The notes: a model not told the origin generated them from the sequence alone. A DNA stretch of 64,000 nucleotides from Octopus sinensis (GCF_006345805.1 NC_043012.1:20336001-20400000), one strand, 5' to 3'; numbered from the stretch's first letter, positions 48,944 to 62,412 are shown. Made by a program: numbers and translations.

Positions 48944-50138
48944 TTGTGTTGGCAACTAAGTTCCAGCGTTTTTTTTTTTTTTAAATTTGTTAACGTTTAA
49001 TAAAAAAGGACAACTAATTAATCGATAATGTATTCACCTTTGATGTGTACAACTTCTTCCCAACGTTCAGCAAGATTTTCAATACAACGTTGTTAGAAAT
49101 CACCCGATTTCGAATCGAAAAATTCATCCAACCAAGCACTGAAATCTGCAACATTATTGAACTAAACTCTGGCATGGCATTTGAAAGAGATCGAAAGAGG
49201 TGGAAATCCGATGGTGCCAAATAAGGATAGTACGGCGAGTGTGTCAGCACTTCCCAGCAATGCGTTTGAATGGCTTCCTTGGTCATATTGGCGATATGAG
49301 GTGGTCATATTGGCGATATGTCGTGAAGCTGAAGAATTCCATGCTGCCGATTAGGTCTTTTCTCTTGAATAGACATGTTGAGTCGTTTCATCTGTTGAAC
49401 ATAGAGTTTCGCGTTGACAGTTTGCTTCCAATCAGACAATTCGTAATGGACAATCCCTCCTCAGTCGCCCCATACGCACAACATCGTTTTACGTGGATGA
49501 AGATCTTGTGTCGCTTGTTTACCGGGGCTAAGTCATTCCTTACGCTGCTTCATATTGATGTACAGGTACCATTTTTCGTACCCAGTAACGATTCGGTAAG
49601 GAAATCGTTGCTTGTGTCCATGAGTTGAGCGGCGACGAGTAAGCAAACCAGCGGAAATTGTGGCTCGTTATTTTTTTGTTGTAGTCACTTAAAGCAGGCG
49701 GAACCCATGCACCATATTCTTGACCTTTTACATCGAGCGAAGATGCTTCACTATAGCAGTGTGGGAGCATTCCATTTTCCAGTTTCCTTGTCATTCGAAC
49801 TCAACTGGACGGTCAGAACGGGTTGCGACTTTGAGGTAAAAATTTCCATTTTTGAAGTTTGCATGCCAATCACGAGCGGTTCTTTCAGCTATCGCACCCC
49901 TCTCCACTGACACCATAAATGTCGCGAGCAGCTTTTGCGGTCTTAGAGCCTTGATTAGATGCAAAAAGAATGAGGTGTCGAAAATGCTCGTTTTTCTTAT
50001 CTTGACATTCCATTTTAATGATCTGAAAATAAACAAAACTTAAATAATATTAACTAGAAAAAAATAGATTCTAAAATTTAAAAACGTAATAAATTCCAAA
50101 AGTAAAAAAATTCTGCGGGAACTTATGTGCCAACTCAA
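48944..50138 (-). mobile_element. Near full-length mariner (1195 bp), TA TSD, ~26-bp TIRs; transposase frameshifted
   Basis: TA-TTGTGTTGGCAACTAAGTTCCAGCG ... TGCGGGAACTTATGTGCCAACTCAA-TA. MECQDKKNEHFRHL, AIAERTARDWH..KNGNF, GAWVPPAL, HSPYYPYLAPSDFHLFRSL. Confidence 0.95.
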
Positions 50139-50199
50139 TATATGTGTACATAAATACACATGTATATGTGTGTGTATGAGTCTTTGAACGTTCTCAGCT

Positions 50200-50380
50200 G
50201 GTCAGCTTGACAACGGGTTTTTGGTCTCCTTATGCCGGTGTAAGAACAATCTGGTAAATGAGATCGATGTTATAAGTACAAGACTTGTAAATGCGTACTG
50301 GTGGCGAATTCTTTGCCCAAACACTCGAAGGCAGTGCCTCGGCGTCACTACTAATCGAATGACTGAAACGAGTAAAAGAT
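50200..50380 (+). mobile_element. SINE family A, 3' tail only, degenerate
   Basis: CTTGACAAC...TAAGTACAAGACTT...AAGGCAGTGC...AATGACTGAAACGAGTAAAAGA. Confidence 0.65.
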
Positions 50381-50679
50381 GTCAGCTAAACACGCTTTTT
50401 GCTTCATAGTTAATCTCGAAGCTGATTCCTACCCATTAGATACATATGTATGTATGTATGTACGTATGTATGTATGTATGTATGTATGTATGTATGTACG
50501 TGTGTTTTTTTTAATCATTTAAATTCTTCCTCTGAAGAAATCATTTGGTTTCTAACAAAGATATTATGCTCCATAACGAAAACAATGTCACATTTTAAAC
50601 CTGAGGTAAGTCTTGCATAATTTTAATGTTTCAATTACAAATTCTATTTGTAATGAACGAATCAATTGGTTGATTTCTT

Positions 50680-50800
50680 TTTCTGTGGGTGCCACACAGT
50701 TTCAGTCTGCCAAATTTAGTTGCAAGGCATTAATCCACTATAGTGCAAGGCCCTATCCCAATCTGCCGCACAGTGGGGATTGGATATCTGTGATGTATGG
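50680..50800 (-). mobile_element. SINE family A head, degenerate
   Basis: TTTCAGTCTGCCAAAT...CAAGGC...CTATAGTGCAAGGCCCTATCCCAATCTGCCGCACAGTGGGGATTG parallels the head of 15721-16108. Confidence 0.55.
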
Positions 50801-53112
50801 GCCACTTACAATATTCTTTTAATAAATTTCCCCAATGCGTATTATTTGATTGACTGCTCCTTGTTTCAAAACGTCATTTTAAATTCTAAAATTCTGAGCC
50901 GTTTTCACGCTCATGACATTCTACTTCACAAGTGACAGACATTAGGTGTCCCACAAACTGTTTTTGGAATGGAAATCTTTGAACTTGAAACAGACTTAAC
51001 ACTATAAAGAGGTTAACAAACCCTAAAGAAAATACAACTAGATAGTTCTTAAACATTTTCGAAGTCATAGAAACAAAGAAAATGAGAACATAAGAAAAAA
51101 GAACTATTTAAACTCTTCCTTGAATTTCAAAGGGTATCTAAATGAATACAAAAAATTATATTCTGACAAGGAACCGATTTTTAAGGGGCCATTTTGTATT
51201 TATTTTTTTTTTTAGCTGTTTATTTTGAGTTCACGAAATATGCAGATAAGCCTGAGAATCAAATTTATCTATGGACTTGTTTATCTATAGATTTGTTCTA
51301 TATCTACTACCTGATGGAATCATATTAATACGCAGTCCAAAATTCTGATTGAAATACGTTGCCGTATCTGAAACAACATTCTTGGGTTTCAAAAATAGAT
51401 AAAAATTGTAACAAAATTTGTGAATGTGGTTTGTCGATAAATCTAATAAAAAAGTAATATTTAATTTAATGCAGATCAGGTTTCATATATTCTTTGTTAT
51501 TTATATGAGGTCTATGTTGTACTGTATTATAATGCTGAAGAAATATCGTCACGAGAGGATTTTCTATGTGAATTTAGATGCTAATTATATATGTATATCA
51601 TACACTTGGGAATCAATTTGTTCCTTACTCTATCGTGCATATTATTAGTGTCTCTATTGAAATCATTCCGAGTCGTGAGCGTTAGAATAGGCACCAAACA
51701 TTTTGAATTGCCATTGAGAGTACCGAAAATGCTGCGTAAATAACGGAGGATATTATCACTTTCCAAAATTATTACAAATTAAAGTCGGGGAGAAAGACTT
51801 AGAATAGTATTTAGATTCTCACTTCCCATCAACTTTGACTTTACTTCTCATTTTCTGTGTTCTGTATATAAGATGCTAGTATTCCAGAAAGATGCCGTTG
51901 CTGTCCTCATACCACATCATACTCTTCTCTAACAGCATTTGTCTTGGTAGCAGGCAATGAATTGTTTTTGTTGCCCGGTGTAATCACTCTTTTACTCCCG
52001 ATTCCCTAAGTTTGTACTTACTTTTTTTATCCATTTTCCAGGACAGTACACAAAATATTAGCATTGTGAAAGATTTGCCTGGTAATTAGCGTATTATCTG
52101 TTGGTGATTACCTGATTCTAGTTTCAATAAAACGTACGGCTCATACCAAACATTTGTGAAGCATAATCTATAGAACAAATCTCAGTTATGTTTGTTCAAA
52201 CATTCTTAGAACATTAACATGCAACATCCTGTGACGCAAACTTAATCCTTTGCTTTATAATATTATGGATGCCATTAGTAGAGTTCACGCTGTTGTTCTT
52301 ATCTGCATAGGATTATAATAGCATATCCCTATCCACTTGATAGTCTCCAAGACATAAAAAATAAACCGTTATTGTCATTCCCCTTACATTGATAAGAACA
52401 AAATGCGTCATATGTGAATGGAATTATTAAAACATTTTCAGTACTGGATCGTGTTAAATTTCCACCAGTCACTTTATTTACGCCGATAGCCAGCTGGAAA
52501 AGATGTTTTCCTGAGGCAAAAAAGGAAGCAGCATCGTCCTGATCAGGACTGCTACATTACATTGGCAAATAGACTCTACTTCATTTTTCATTTTTATTTT
52601 TATATTTTTTTATGCTAATGTAGTTTTGCAGGATGACGACGAAAACCGTGTTTACTGTTTATAGAAATTAATAACAAAAGGATTTTTATTGTCAACATGC
52701 ACAACTACATGAAAACCGTATTTTTTAAAGTAATCTGGTGTCCATTTCAGTTACACCAAGTGGTTGGGGCACTTAACGCCCTTCAAGGATTTAGACCAAT
52801 GCTTGCTAAGTGGAATTGTAGCATGTGATTTAGGAACCACATGCACAATAAACTAATTTGTTCGGATTCTAGACAGGCAGAAAATACCACAGATATAACG
52901 TACAGACTGCGTCTAATCATAACTTGCCATCTTTTTCTTTACTTTTGAAATTGAATGGACAATATTGAATTGGATTATTTTTTAAATTTATTACCATCAA
53001 GATTATGAAACTTAAAAGCGTGTCAAGGTTACGGATATTTGTGAGTTCATGTGTATGTATGTGTGTGAGAGAGTGTGAGTGTATGTGTGTGCGTGTGAGC
53101 GAGTGTGTGTGT

Positions 53113-53153
<41 letters not shown>

Positions 53154-53526
53154 TTGTGTTTATGTGACTGTCTTCCTAAATGTACAGCGATACATTCACA
53201 TGGCAACCGCAACAAAATTGAAGCTGAAGTGTCATAACGACACAGTGTCACGACTTTCCTCCTTTTATTCAATATTGTAACGAAAGAAATGTAAATGATA
53301 AATGTCTGATTAGAATTCAACAGTACCTGGCCATTCAACAGCATCATACAATACTAAACGTTTCCTCAACATTATGAGGTACATCAGCTTAAAAGTACCT
53401 CACTATCTCAAAAACTACTCGAAAGATTTCTGCAGATCTTGCTCTATATTTAGGCATATATTAGCCACATATTTGCTGAATTCTATCTGATACAAGCGCG
53501 CACGAGCGTTCGAGTGTGTATAGGAT

Positions 53527-53656
53527 TAATAATTAGCAATTTTTATGCTTCACTGAGGTTGAATTTTTCTATGGCTGATAGGGATTCAAACTTTGTGAAA
53601 AATTTCCATTACTAACATAAACCACCACGTAATAGGTGTGTGTATTTGTGAGTGTG
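53527..53656 (+). repeat. Unclassified dispersed repeat, copy 2
   Basis: Homologous to 9128-9256. Confidence 0.8.
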
Positions 53657-53825
53657 TGTGTATATGTGTGTGTGGGATATGGATGTGGGTGGGTGTTTAG
53701 GTGTGGGTGTGTTTGTGTGGGTCCCTCTGTGAGTGTGTTTGTGTGTACATTTGTATAGGGAAGGAAAATAAGACATCGTTTTGAATTTCGTTGACGATAT
53801 TTACGTAAATATAAATTAATTGAGA

Positions 53826-54110
53826 CGCTGTCGATTAGAGCCGTCTGGTAAAATTAACCTCCAAGTGGCTTAGTACCCTACAGCAACGCGTAAACTTAAC
53901 GTAGTTTTCAGAGAGATTCAGCGTGGCGCAGAATATAACAAGACTGTCCCCGTTTGAGTTACAGTTACAACATATTTCTTCCAGCTGAGTTGACTGGAGT
54001 AACGTGAAATACAGTCTCGGTCAAGGACACAGCGCACAAGCTGCAATTAAACCCACGCCCTTACGATCGTTAGCTGAACACGCCTAACCGCTAAGCCACA
54101 CGACTCCACA
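53826..54110 (-). mobile_element. SINE family C, degenerate
   Basis: CAAGTGGCTTAGTACC...CTTAACGTAGTTTTCAGAGAGATTCAGCGTG...CAGCTGAGTTGACTGGAGTAACGTGAAATA...CAAGGACACA...CTAACCGCTAAGCCAC. Confidence 0.8.
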
Positions 54111-55890
54111 CGGAAATATAGACCAACATAATATCGCATGTCCTGTCAATCAATAAGTACTGTAACATTTTGTGAAAATGTGATCTAAATTTTGTGGTTA
54201 CTGAAAATAAATTTTAACTGCAAATAGCGATCAGTTAATATACATTCACTTCCTATATTCTGTGGTCATTGAAAATGCTTTTCATATCGTTTCTACCTGC
54301 TGCTGAAACCCAGCCTAAAGCATGTATTCTGTTTTGTATTTGTGCTTTAGCATTATTTGACTAGTCAATAACATCCTGTTAATTATCTGAAGGAGGTCAC
54401 ATGCAGATGCAGTAAATTGGTTCTCGAATGATTTTTTTACTACATTCTTATTTTACTCAAGATCTGAAAGGCACTGACGAAAATGTAGCTTTAGGGTCAC
54501 AAGGCTGTTGTTTTGAGCAAATCCCAAAGAAAAGTGTGCAATATTCTGCATGTATGTATTTTTCACGGCAGATAAAGCATTTTAAGTTATTTATCGTAAG
54601 CTGAGAGTGTGGAAATATTTATCTGAAGCGAAAGCATTCACTTAAGTTTATATTTCGTATAAAATTTTAGAATCACTTTGTAATGTAAGACTGAACACAT
54701 TAAGATATCTGCCAATTCTTGCAATTCTTACCTAAGTAACATTCAGACGAAATGTCAAGCACCAGCTGCATTTCATAAAATTATGAGATAACTTTTCCAC
54801 AACTAAGCTATCGCACAGCAGTATGGCAAAACCACCTTCGCTTATTATGATTCTAGCTTTTCCCAAAATGTTCCAAACTGCTTATGATTGAATGTGTGAG
54901 AAAGAATTAAAGCTAATATTGATACCTTTGTCTTTATTGCATATGTCAAATGCTAATGCTTTCTGCAATTGTCTTTTTACCTTCTGGTGAACGATGAAGT
55001 AATATTGAAATTGACTTTTTACATCCCGGATAATTTTGCAGGTTTGTCCAACGAAAACATTTCCTATATGTGAAATACATTCTAAACCCTTTGCAAATAT
55101 GCTTTCATTCATTCTCGTTTGTTTCTCACTCAGAATGTTTCTCCATGCATGATATTAGCCCCATCGCATCAGAGTTAAAATTAATTCTCGAGTGAACATT
55201 AACTACAAAATTGTACGCCACATATTCTGTTCAATAAAGAACCAGAGAAGAAAAACACTAGAAATCCTTTGATTTATTATGAATATGAGACAATATGTTG
55301 TTTTCAACTCCCTTACTTTCTGCTTGAATTTATTTTATGTTTTAATATTTCTAGAGACGCTGCTATTATATAATATGTAAACAATTCGCCATCAGTATAT
55401 AGATTTCTTTTCTTACCAAACAAAATACCTCTTACAACGCTTTGCCTGTAGTTTCATTATTAGACTGCATGTAGTCTTCAATATTAGTATCTTTCATCGC
55501 TTTGCTACCCAGTTAAATGTAAAATTGCTTTAGAGATAGGAATGTTTCTTGAGATATTGACGACATATGTTTACCGCTTTGGTACAGCACTATATTCACT
55601 ATATGTTTCACGAAGAAACATTCCCAACAAGTAAGATTCTCTTCTCCAAAATAATTATAATTTGCAAAATGTACAAACAAGTGCTTTCGGTTTTCTCCCG
55701 TGGCATTTTGTGATCATATGTACATACACACATACAGGCACACGTGTGAGAGAGATAGAGAGAGGGATTGAGAGTGAGAGAGATGTATGTATATATAGAT
55801 AGTACATAGGTAGATAAATAGATGGATAGATATATAAATTGATTAGTTAGACAGATGCAGAGATTTATATATATGCGTCAATTTGTTTAT

Positions 55891-55945
<55 letters not shown>

Positions 55946-56539
55946 TTGTGTGTGCGTGTGTGTGGGTTATATAAATGCGTATATATCTGTATGACTCTGT
56001 GTGTGTATCTATCATATATATAAATATATATTTAATTATATATTTACATATATATATATATACACGCACACACATATACATATACAAACGCACACAAGCA
56101 CAAACACACACGTGCAGGTATGTACGTATGCATGCATGTATATATGTATAACCATATTAATTCGCAAAATGCCGGATGCATTGAAACATACTTGTTGGAA
56201 GGTTCCTCTTTGAGATTCCGTGTTTCGGAACGGAAGGATATAGCTTCGATGTGCTGATCTGAAATCTGCTAGCCAAGAGTTAAAGATATATCGACGTTTT
56301 ATGTTCATATCGTTGATCTATAGTCTTACATGTAATTGTGAAAGTACACCAAACCATTTCAGTACACGGTCAATAATGCTGAGAGCATCTAATATGTTTA
56401 CGTTCCCTAATAATACTAACAATGTATATGATGTGTATAATAATATGTGTAGATAACTTCTTCTGAAGACAGATATCAAACTGCTATTAACCAGTGCAAT
56501 ACTTCCAAACCATTTCAATATAAACCGAGCAACTTTTAG

Positions 56540-56850
56540 ATATTATGATAAAATGTTTGGGCGCGTTGATAAACATAACTTCTACCAGGTAGATAATGAT
56601 AAGTATAGACAGCGTTTGATAAATAATACGACTTAGAAAATAGGAAAGTATACTAATGCTTATACTTGTAAAGAAATTAGCAGCGTGATAAAAGCTATAG
56701 CTAATAAGGTCAATATGAATAAGAGAATTGGATGTCTTGGTAAACGGAAGGCTTTTATCACTTTAAAACATCACAAGTTAGATTTCGTTTGTAGTCTTAG
56801 ATGTAGAGGTTTAAAACAAGCAAAAAGAAGAAATCGGTTAATTATGTAAA
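56540..56850 (+). mobile_element. PLE N-terminal/pre-RT fragment
   Basis: DKHNFYQVDNDKYRQRLINNTT..IANKVNMNKRIGCLGKRKAFITLKHHK..SLRCR (cf. DKTRNLY..IANKLNIxDRIECLAKREAFITLKDHK..PKCRLINP). Confidence 0.75.
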
Positions 56851-57642
56851 AAACAAAGATATTTGGAAACGTTAATATACTAACATTGGTAACTAATCTA
56901 AATTCGCGACTCTATTAAGAAATGCTTCTGTGACGTATGGATATATTTTAGGGCATACTCACTCAGTTCAACACCTCGATACCAAGATCGCACAAGATTT
57001 TGGGTAAGATTTTGTAAACGTCGATAGAATATGCACGAGTAGTCAGTTTATCACTGACTGTAACTGTCCATTTGATCGAACTAACTGAGCTGAAGACGTT
57101 GTTTATATCGTATTTATTTATTTCTGTTCTATATTCTTATTTTTTCCTGGAATTACACAGAAGGTATTAATATCTAAATCAGCAGAACTGCTACATGATT
57201 TAGTTGTTGCTGGCTTCATTTAGATATTAGTGTGATATTTACCTTTTTTTTCTGAGAATCTTGGGGCTAAATCTTACAGATAAGTTCAGTCTTTTAACCT
57301 GAGTATTTACCAAACTACTAAAGATAAAACACAGGATTCAATTCTAGGATGCAGGCTTATTAATATCTAGATGAAACCAGCAACAACAAAAACAATGTAG
57401 ATGTAGTGCTGACTACCAACCTAAATGCATTCTTTTGTAAACCCTTCCACCTGAAGATGGCACACATAAACGCACCTAATTACGAAACTATACATGGATG
57501 AATTAATTCTAAACATTCGAAACTCCGAAACATTCGAAATTTAATCAATAACAATTCTGTATGCCATCATTCCAGCTCGAATTAACTTACAGCATAAATC
57601 TCACTCAAAAGATTTCAGGATAACCAAGAAGATTTTATATAG

Positions 57643-57678
57643 TCATACACACACATATATATATATATATATAAATAT

Positions 57679-57752
<74 letters not shown>

Positions 57753-57780
57753 TGACAATTATATATATATATATATATAT
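57643..57780. repeat. (AT)n-(AG)n compound microsatellite
   Basis: Read directly. Confidence 0.95.
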
Positions 57781-57959
57781 ACGGCTGTTTAAATAAGACT
57801 TTTGACTGTTATTTCCATACATGTATATACATGTATATACTAGGTAGATAGATACATACATATGTTTACTCTAAAGATTTTATCAATTTACATACTTCTA
57901 TAGACTTATATTACGTGGATTACTCTAATAGGTATATACCTGCACAACTGAGTAACCTA

Positions 57960-59190
57960 AACCTAAGGATGCCTCTCCAGAAAATTAGTCCTAGTGAGAC
58001 GGATTGATAGTAGGGTTGTTTTTCCACTCCTACTGAATGTTATGAATTAAAGATACATAAATGCCTTACTAGTATAAAATATTTTGCCTGTTTTGAGGCA
58101 GATCTCTTTGATTTGTTTACCGATATTAGATTCCGTATATGCTATAACTGTATTTAAGTCAACCTAATATTTGATATTAGAAACATTAGAAGCTCTGAAA
58201 ACAAGTTCCTACTTTCTGATTAGACAAAGAACCTGATTGCACTCATATATATGGTTCCTTGATGAGTGACACCAATAATTTCATTTAATATAAGAATCTA
58301 GAATAGATAGATACAATGAGTTTAGCCTAAATTCATCTCTAAGCATCACAGAATCGACGATAGATTAGAATGCTTAGCAAAAAGGGAAGTTTTTATATAT
58401 CTCAAAGATCACAAACCTAATATATACTTATTGTAGATTGTTAAATAAGGAATATTAATATCAGAATCAGAGTGACTACTGTGTTACAACATCTGGATTA
58501 TAGCAATAGTGTAATAGATTCCTTTAAGAGTTTAAAGGGCAAGCATAGGGCTTTGATGGTCACACTCTTGATAAATTTATTTAAAAACTCAACCCTACTT
58601 TTAGTGAATCATGCCACAAAATTACTGTTAGTGCTAAGCTGTCAAAAGTCGATACTTTTGATGTTTTCTTCGATTTCAACTCTCACTCTTATAAACTGTA
58701 CCACAATCCAAACGAAAAATGTTCATAACTATATAAACAGCCGATCCACACTCCATTAATGTTTTAAAACCTGTTTGGTAGCATTAGCCACATTATGTCC
58801 AATCACTCATTTTCTAAAGACATTTTTGATAAGTCAGCACCTTACTATAGCAATGCCCTAGCTATGAGTAGCTTCGAGAGATATATTACGACTCTCCTAG
58901 TCATAACATGAATAAAAACAGAACACCTAATAAAATATCCAGGAAAATAATTTGGTTCGCCCCCTATTACCTAAATATTAAAGCTCAAGTCGGTATAAGA
59001 CTCCTGTCTCTTCCCGATAAGATTTTCCCAGAAATTCACGAATACAGAAAGATAGTTAAAGGACGCTCTGTTACATTATCATCTAGCTGCTGCCCCAATA
59101 TCAAGAACATCATAACTGGTAAATACTACCGTGTTCCCACTTCCAGTTGTAACTGTCAAAATCCTGGAATTTATCCGCTTGATAAACTCC
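57960..59190 (+). mobile_element. PLE with a large internal deletion of the RT core; dead
   Basis: FEADLFDLFTDIRFR..DIRNIRSSENKFLLSD*TKNL; DDRLECLAKREVFIYLKDHKPN; HKITVSAKLSKVDTFDVFFDFNSHSYKLYHNPNEK; IFDKSAPYYSNAL; RKIIWFAPYY..GIRLLSLPDKIFP..SSCCPNIKNII..CNCQNP. Confidence 0.85.
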
Positions 59191-59214
59191 GTACATGATA
59201 AACTCAGTCGATTA

Positions 59215-60157
59215 TAAAGCTAAGGTTAATGGGATCGTGCAACTTTTGCTCAAAAACCTCACATTTAATGTGGTGTGCGTAGGCATTTTTATTGTGATAA
59301 AACTACCACTCTGCACTTTTCCACTGGTCTGGGGCCTTTTTGTCTCAGCGTGTCTCGTAAGCGCTTCCGTAATGTCATGTAAAATGTCTGATTAACAGTT
59401 TGAGTTGGAGGAACAACTTTTCTGTGCACAGCTCCTTTCGCATCGATGAAACAAATCCGCAGCATCTTGACATTGGAGTTCACTTGACGCACGTCGTGGG
59501 TCGCGGTGATATTTGAATGATTCCATTAGCTTGATTGCCGCTTCGTTTCCGGGTCGTAGCCGCAGCACTGGTTTTCGTCACCAATGGAGACCTCCGAAAA
59601 TAGGTTCGGATCAACTTCCAGTTGTGCCTTCAGTTCACGACTCGCATTCAGACATTTCGCTGCAGCTCTTTTCATTCGTAATTTCTCGCTGAAAAGTCGT
59701 TCGCAGGAGCTCCAGGACACGGCGGTTATAATAAAAAGTTAGTCAATTGCTCGACGACGTTCCTCATGAATTTTCGTGATGTTTTCATTCGTTCGGGAGG
59801 TGTAAGGTCGCCTTGAGCAAAGTCGGTCTTCAAACTAAAAATGCGCATACCCAAAGCATGGAAACCACTCGTAAGCGTGTGCCTTGCTCGAGGCAGCGTC
59901 CTTGTAACATGTTTGAAGCATTACAACTATTTCGGCCGCCGTTTTCCCCAGTGAAGACCAGAATATCAGGGAATCACGCTGTGCATTCGTTTCAGCCACC
60001 ATGTAGTACCATGTAGCTTTACACCGCAGCTCTGATCACGTCGGTCAGTAGACAGATGCCTAAGAGTTGCATCAAGTGACTTCCAGCTGCGAAAACCTGA
60101 AATACAGGGGGGCTTGTCCTACAGAGAACGTTTCCGTTTACTTTTGGGTACCCATAC
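59215..60157 (-). mobile_element. Decayed mariner, 3'-truncated
   Basis: MKRAAAK, SIGDENQCCGYDPETKRQSS, MLRICFIDAKGAVHRKVVPPTQTVNQTFY..LRKRLRD. 5' terminus reverse complement GTATGGGTACCCAAAAGTAAACGGAA. Confidence 0.85.
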
Positions 60158-60954
60158 ATCATAGTTACCATCAATATTTAAATTACAACGGATGCCAGTT
60201 ATTTATCAATGCTGTATTTGAGAAAATAACTTTGTGATAACATACAAAAAAAGCAAGAAGATTATTATTTTTTTTTTTTCGAAATATTCTACTTGACTAT
60301 ATTTGAAGTATTTTGAATTTTCAGTTTTTGGATGCGCAAACACTGGCTACAAGTCAATGTCCTCTAATCAACGAATAAGTGTGCTCTCGAGGCGACAGGA
60401 TATTATGGAATGCGACATTAATTGACGCATTGTAGATGTACACAAATTAAACTTCAGAAACGAAATAGCTTGCGCTGGAGAGATCAAAGAGGATAACAAT
60501 CATGGAAAAAATGTATTACCTTTTTTCTTTTTTTTTTAGAGATAGCTGCAGAATAAAATAAAATGGAACGAAATATTAAGAAGTAAACATTATATACGTG
60601 TTGATTAAGAGAATAGCAGATAGAGAGAGAGAGAGAGTGGAGAGAGGGAGGGAGAAAATGGGAGCAATGGGAAAAGCGAGTGTGAGAGTTCAAAGAAAAC
60701 GTTAAAATTGATATATTTTAATTAGATAAGGAAAGTTGAACGATTTTGATCATAATATAAATCATTCTTTTTATGCTCTCTCCAAACTTGCAGATTCGCA
60801 TTAATATAGAGTCATACGTGGAAACATATACACTCATATTACATCCAAATATCGAAATATATGTATATATGTTCTGTACAGTCACATATATATATATATT
60901 ATATATGTGTGTAAATATATCAGTATATATGTATATGTACATACATATTTTTTT

Positions 60955-61082
60955 TTGTACTTGTTTCAGTCATTTGACTGCGGCCATGCTGGAGCACCGC
61001 CTTTAGTCGAGCAAATCGACCCCGGGACTTATTCTTTGTAAGCCCAGTACTTATTCTATCGGTTTCTTTTGCCGAACCGCTA
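60955..61082 (-). mobile_element. SINE family A, 3' tail (5'-truncated, little decay)
   Basis: TACTTGTTTCAGTCATTTGACTGCGGCCATGCTGGAGCACCGCCTTTAGTCGAGCAAATCGACCCC...TTCTATCGG..TCTTTTGCCGAACCGCTA. Confidence 0.95.
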
Positions 61083-61479
61083 GAGAGAAAGAGAGAAAGA
61101 TGTACATGTACATACATACATATACATATATACATTCACACATATATACATACATACATATATATATGCACACACACATATTTGACGAAGTGTGAAAATG
61201 CACGAAACTTTACCATTCTAATTACAAGACAAAATTTGACCACATTGTCTTCTTAAATACTTTCAATGCACGCTCAACATTTACCAAAATTACATAATCT
61301 GTATCCGGTCTTTAGTGTAGAAAAAGCACTCCAGGCAGCTGAACTAACCACATTTTCAATCCTTCATGACAATTGTTTTAATAATCTGATAATGATAGAT
61401 ACCCCTCTCATAGGATCAAAATATGCAAAGATAAAAACAAGTTGAAAATATTGACTTTATATACTATAGAATCAATATG

Positions 61480-62396
61480 AAGCAAAATACAAAATATTGC
61501 AGTAGCTATGAGTTATATTTACAAGAAGGAAACTAAGAATTAAAGGTATTCAAAATTATATGGATATAAAAGTGTAAAAACGGAATGTAAAATTCCAAAA
61601 TGTACGTCAAAATTAAAACAAATGAATATGAATAAAAAGACAAGTAAAGATAAATAAGAGATTAGGAAAATGAAATTTCAGATGATGATACCCCGATCAG
61701 GCGATAAGGAGTATAATGCAAAAGACCTCAAAGTACAGAAAATTAATTTGGAATAATAAACAATAAAGGAATTAATAAAAATGAATTGCCAGAAAATAAA
61801 ACATTAAAAAATCAAACATGTATAACTTATGAAAGCATGTATAAAAGCATACAATTCTAAAAATATAAAATTAAAGGAAACTAGAAAATAGAACGTAGCG
61901 TGTAATGAATAGGAATTGTGAAAACCGAAATATAAATAGATAACCATAGAGGATAAATATAACAAAAGATTATATCAAACTAAGATATTACAGATAAGGC
62001 AAGAAAAAACGTATAATATTAGAGACAGAACAAAGCAATTAATAATATATGTATACAAGTATTAGTATTATTGGGCCGTAGCTATTCTAAATTTAGTTAT
62101 GAATAGAGGATAGTTTGAAATACTTCATTAAAAAATTCAAAACTCAAATGAAGTTGCTGTTAACCATTAAAGATATTTATTGACTTATATAATATCTGTT
62201 GTTGTGCCAAATCTGACACACGATTGATTAATAATATCAACATGTTATTCAAGAGAAGGAAAGATGATAATGACAATTATAACACTAAAGGCATGGTGCT
62301 TTATAGGAAGAAAAAAAAGAATGATAACTGCAATAATGAACTAAATTATAATTAATATGATTAATAAAAGGAAAAAATAGCTCGAAACAAACAAGA
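61480..62396 (+). mobile_element. A-rich strand-biased block, possibly an ancient LINE RT relic
   Basis: Strong A excess on +. SIIGP*LF*I (cf. GSILGPLLFNI) and NTKGMVL (cf. KTKxMV) are the only motif traces. Confidence 0.3.
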
Positions 62397-62412
62397 TATA
62401 AATAGTATTATT

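Noticed and set aside
49200-49628. 142-aa + strand ORF
   Set aside because: It is the antisense frame of the mariner transposase relic, with no independent homology recognised.
50561-50605. 45-bp candidate exon ending at a perfect AG|GTAAGT donor
   Set aside because: Weak acceptor, no recognisable peptide (ILCSITKTMSHFKPE), and no partner exons.
52536-52549. Perfect 14-bp palindrome GTCCTGATCAGGAC
   Set aside because: Several palindromes of this length are expected by chance in 64 kb.
54600-55200. Possible hAT transposase trace on the minus strand
   Set aside because: Similarity too faint to support by eye.
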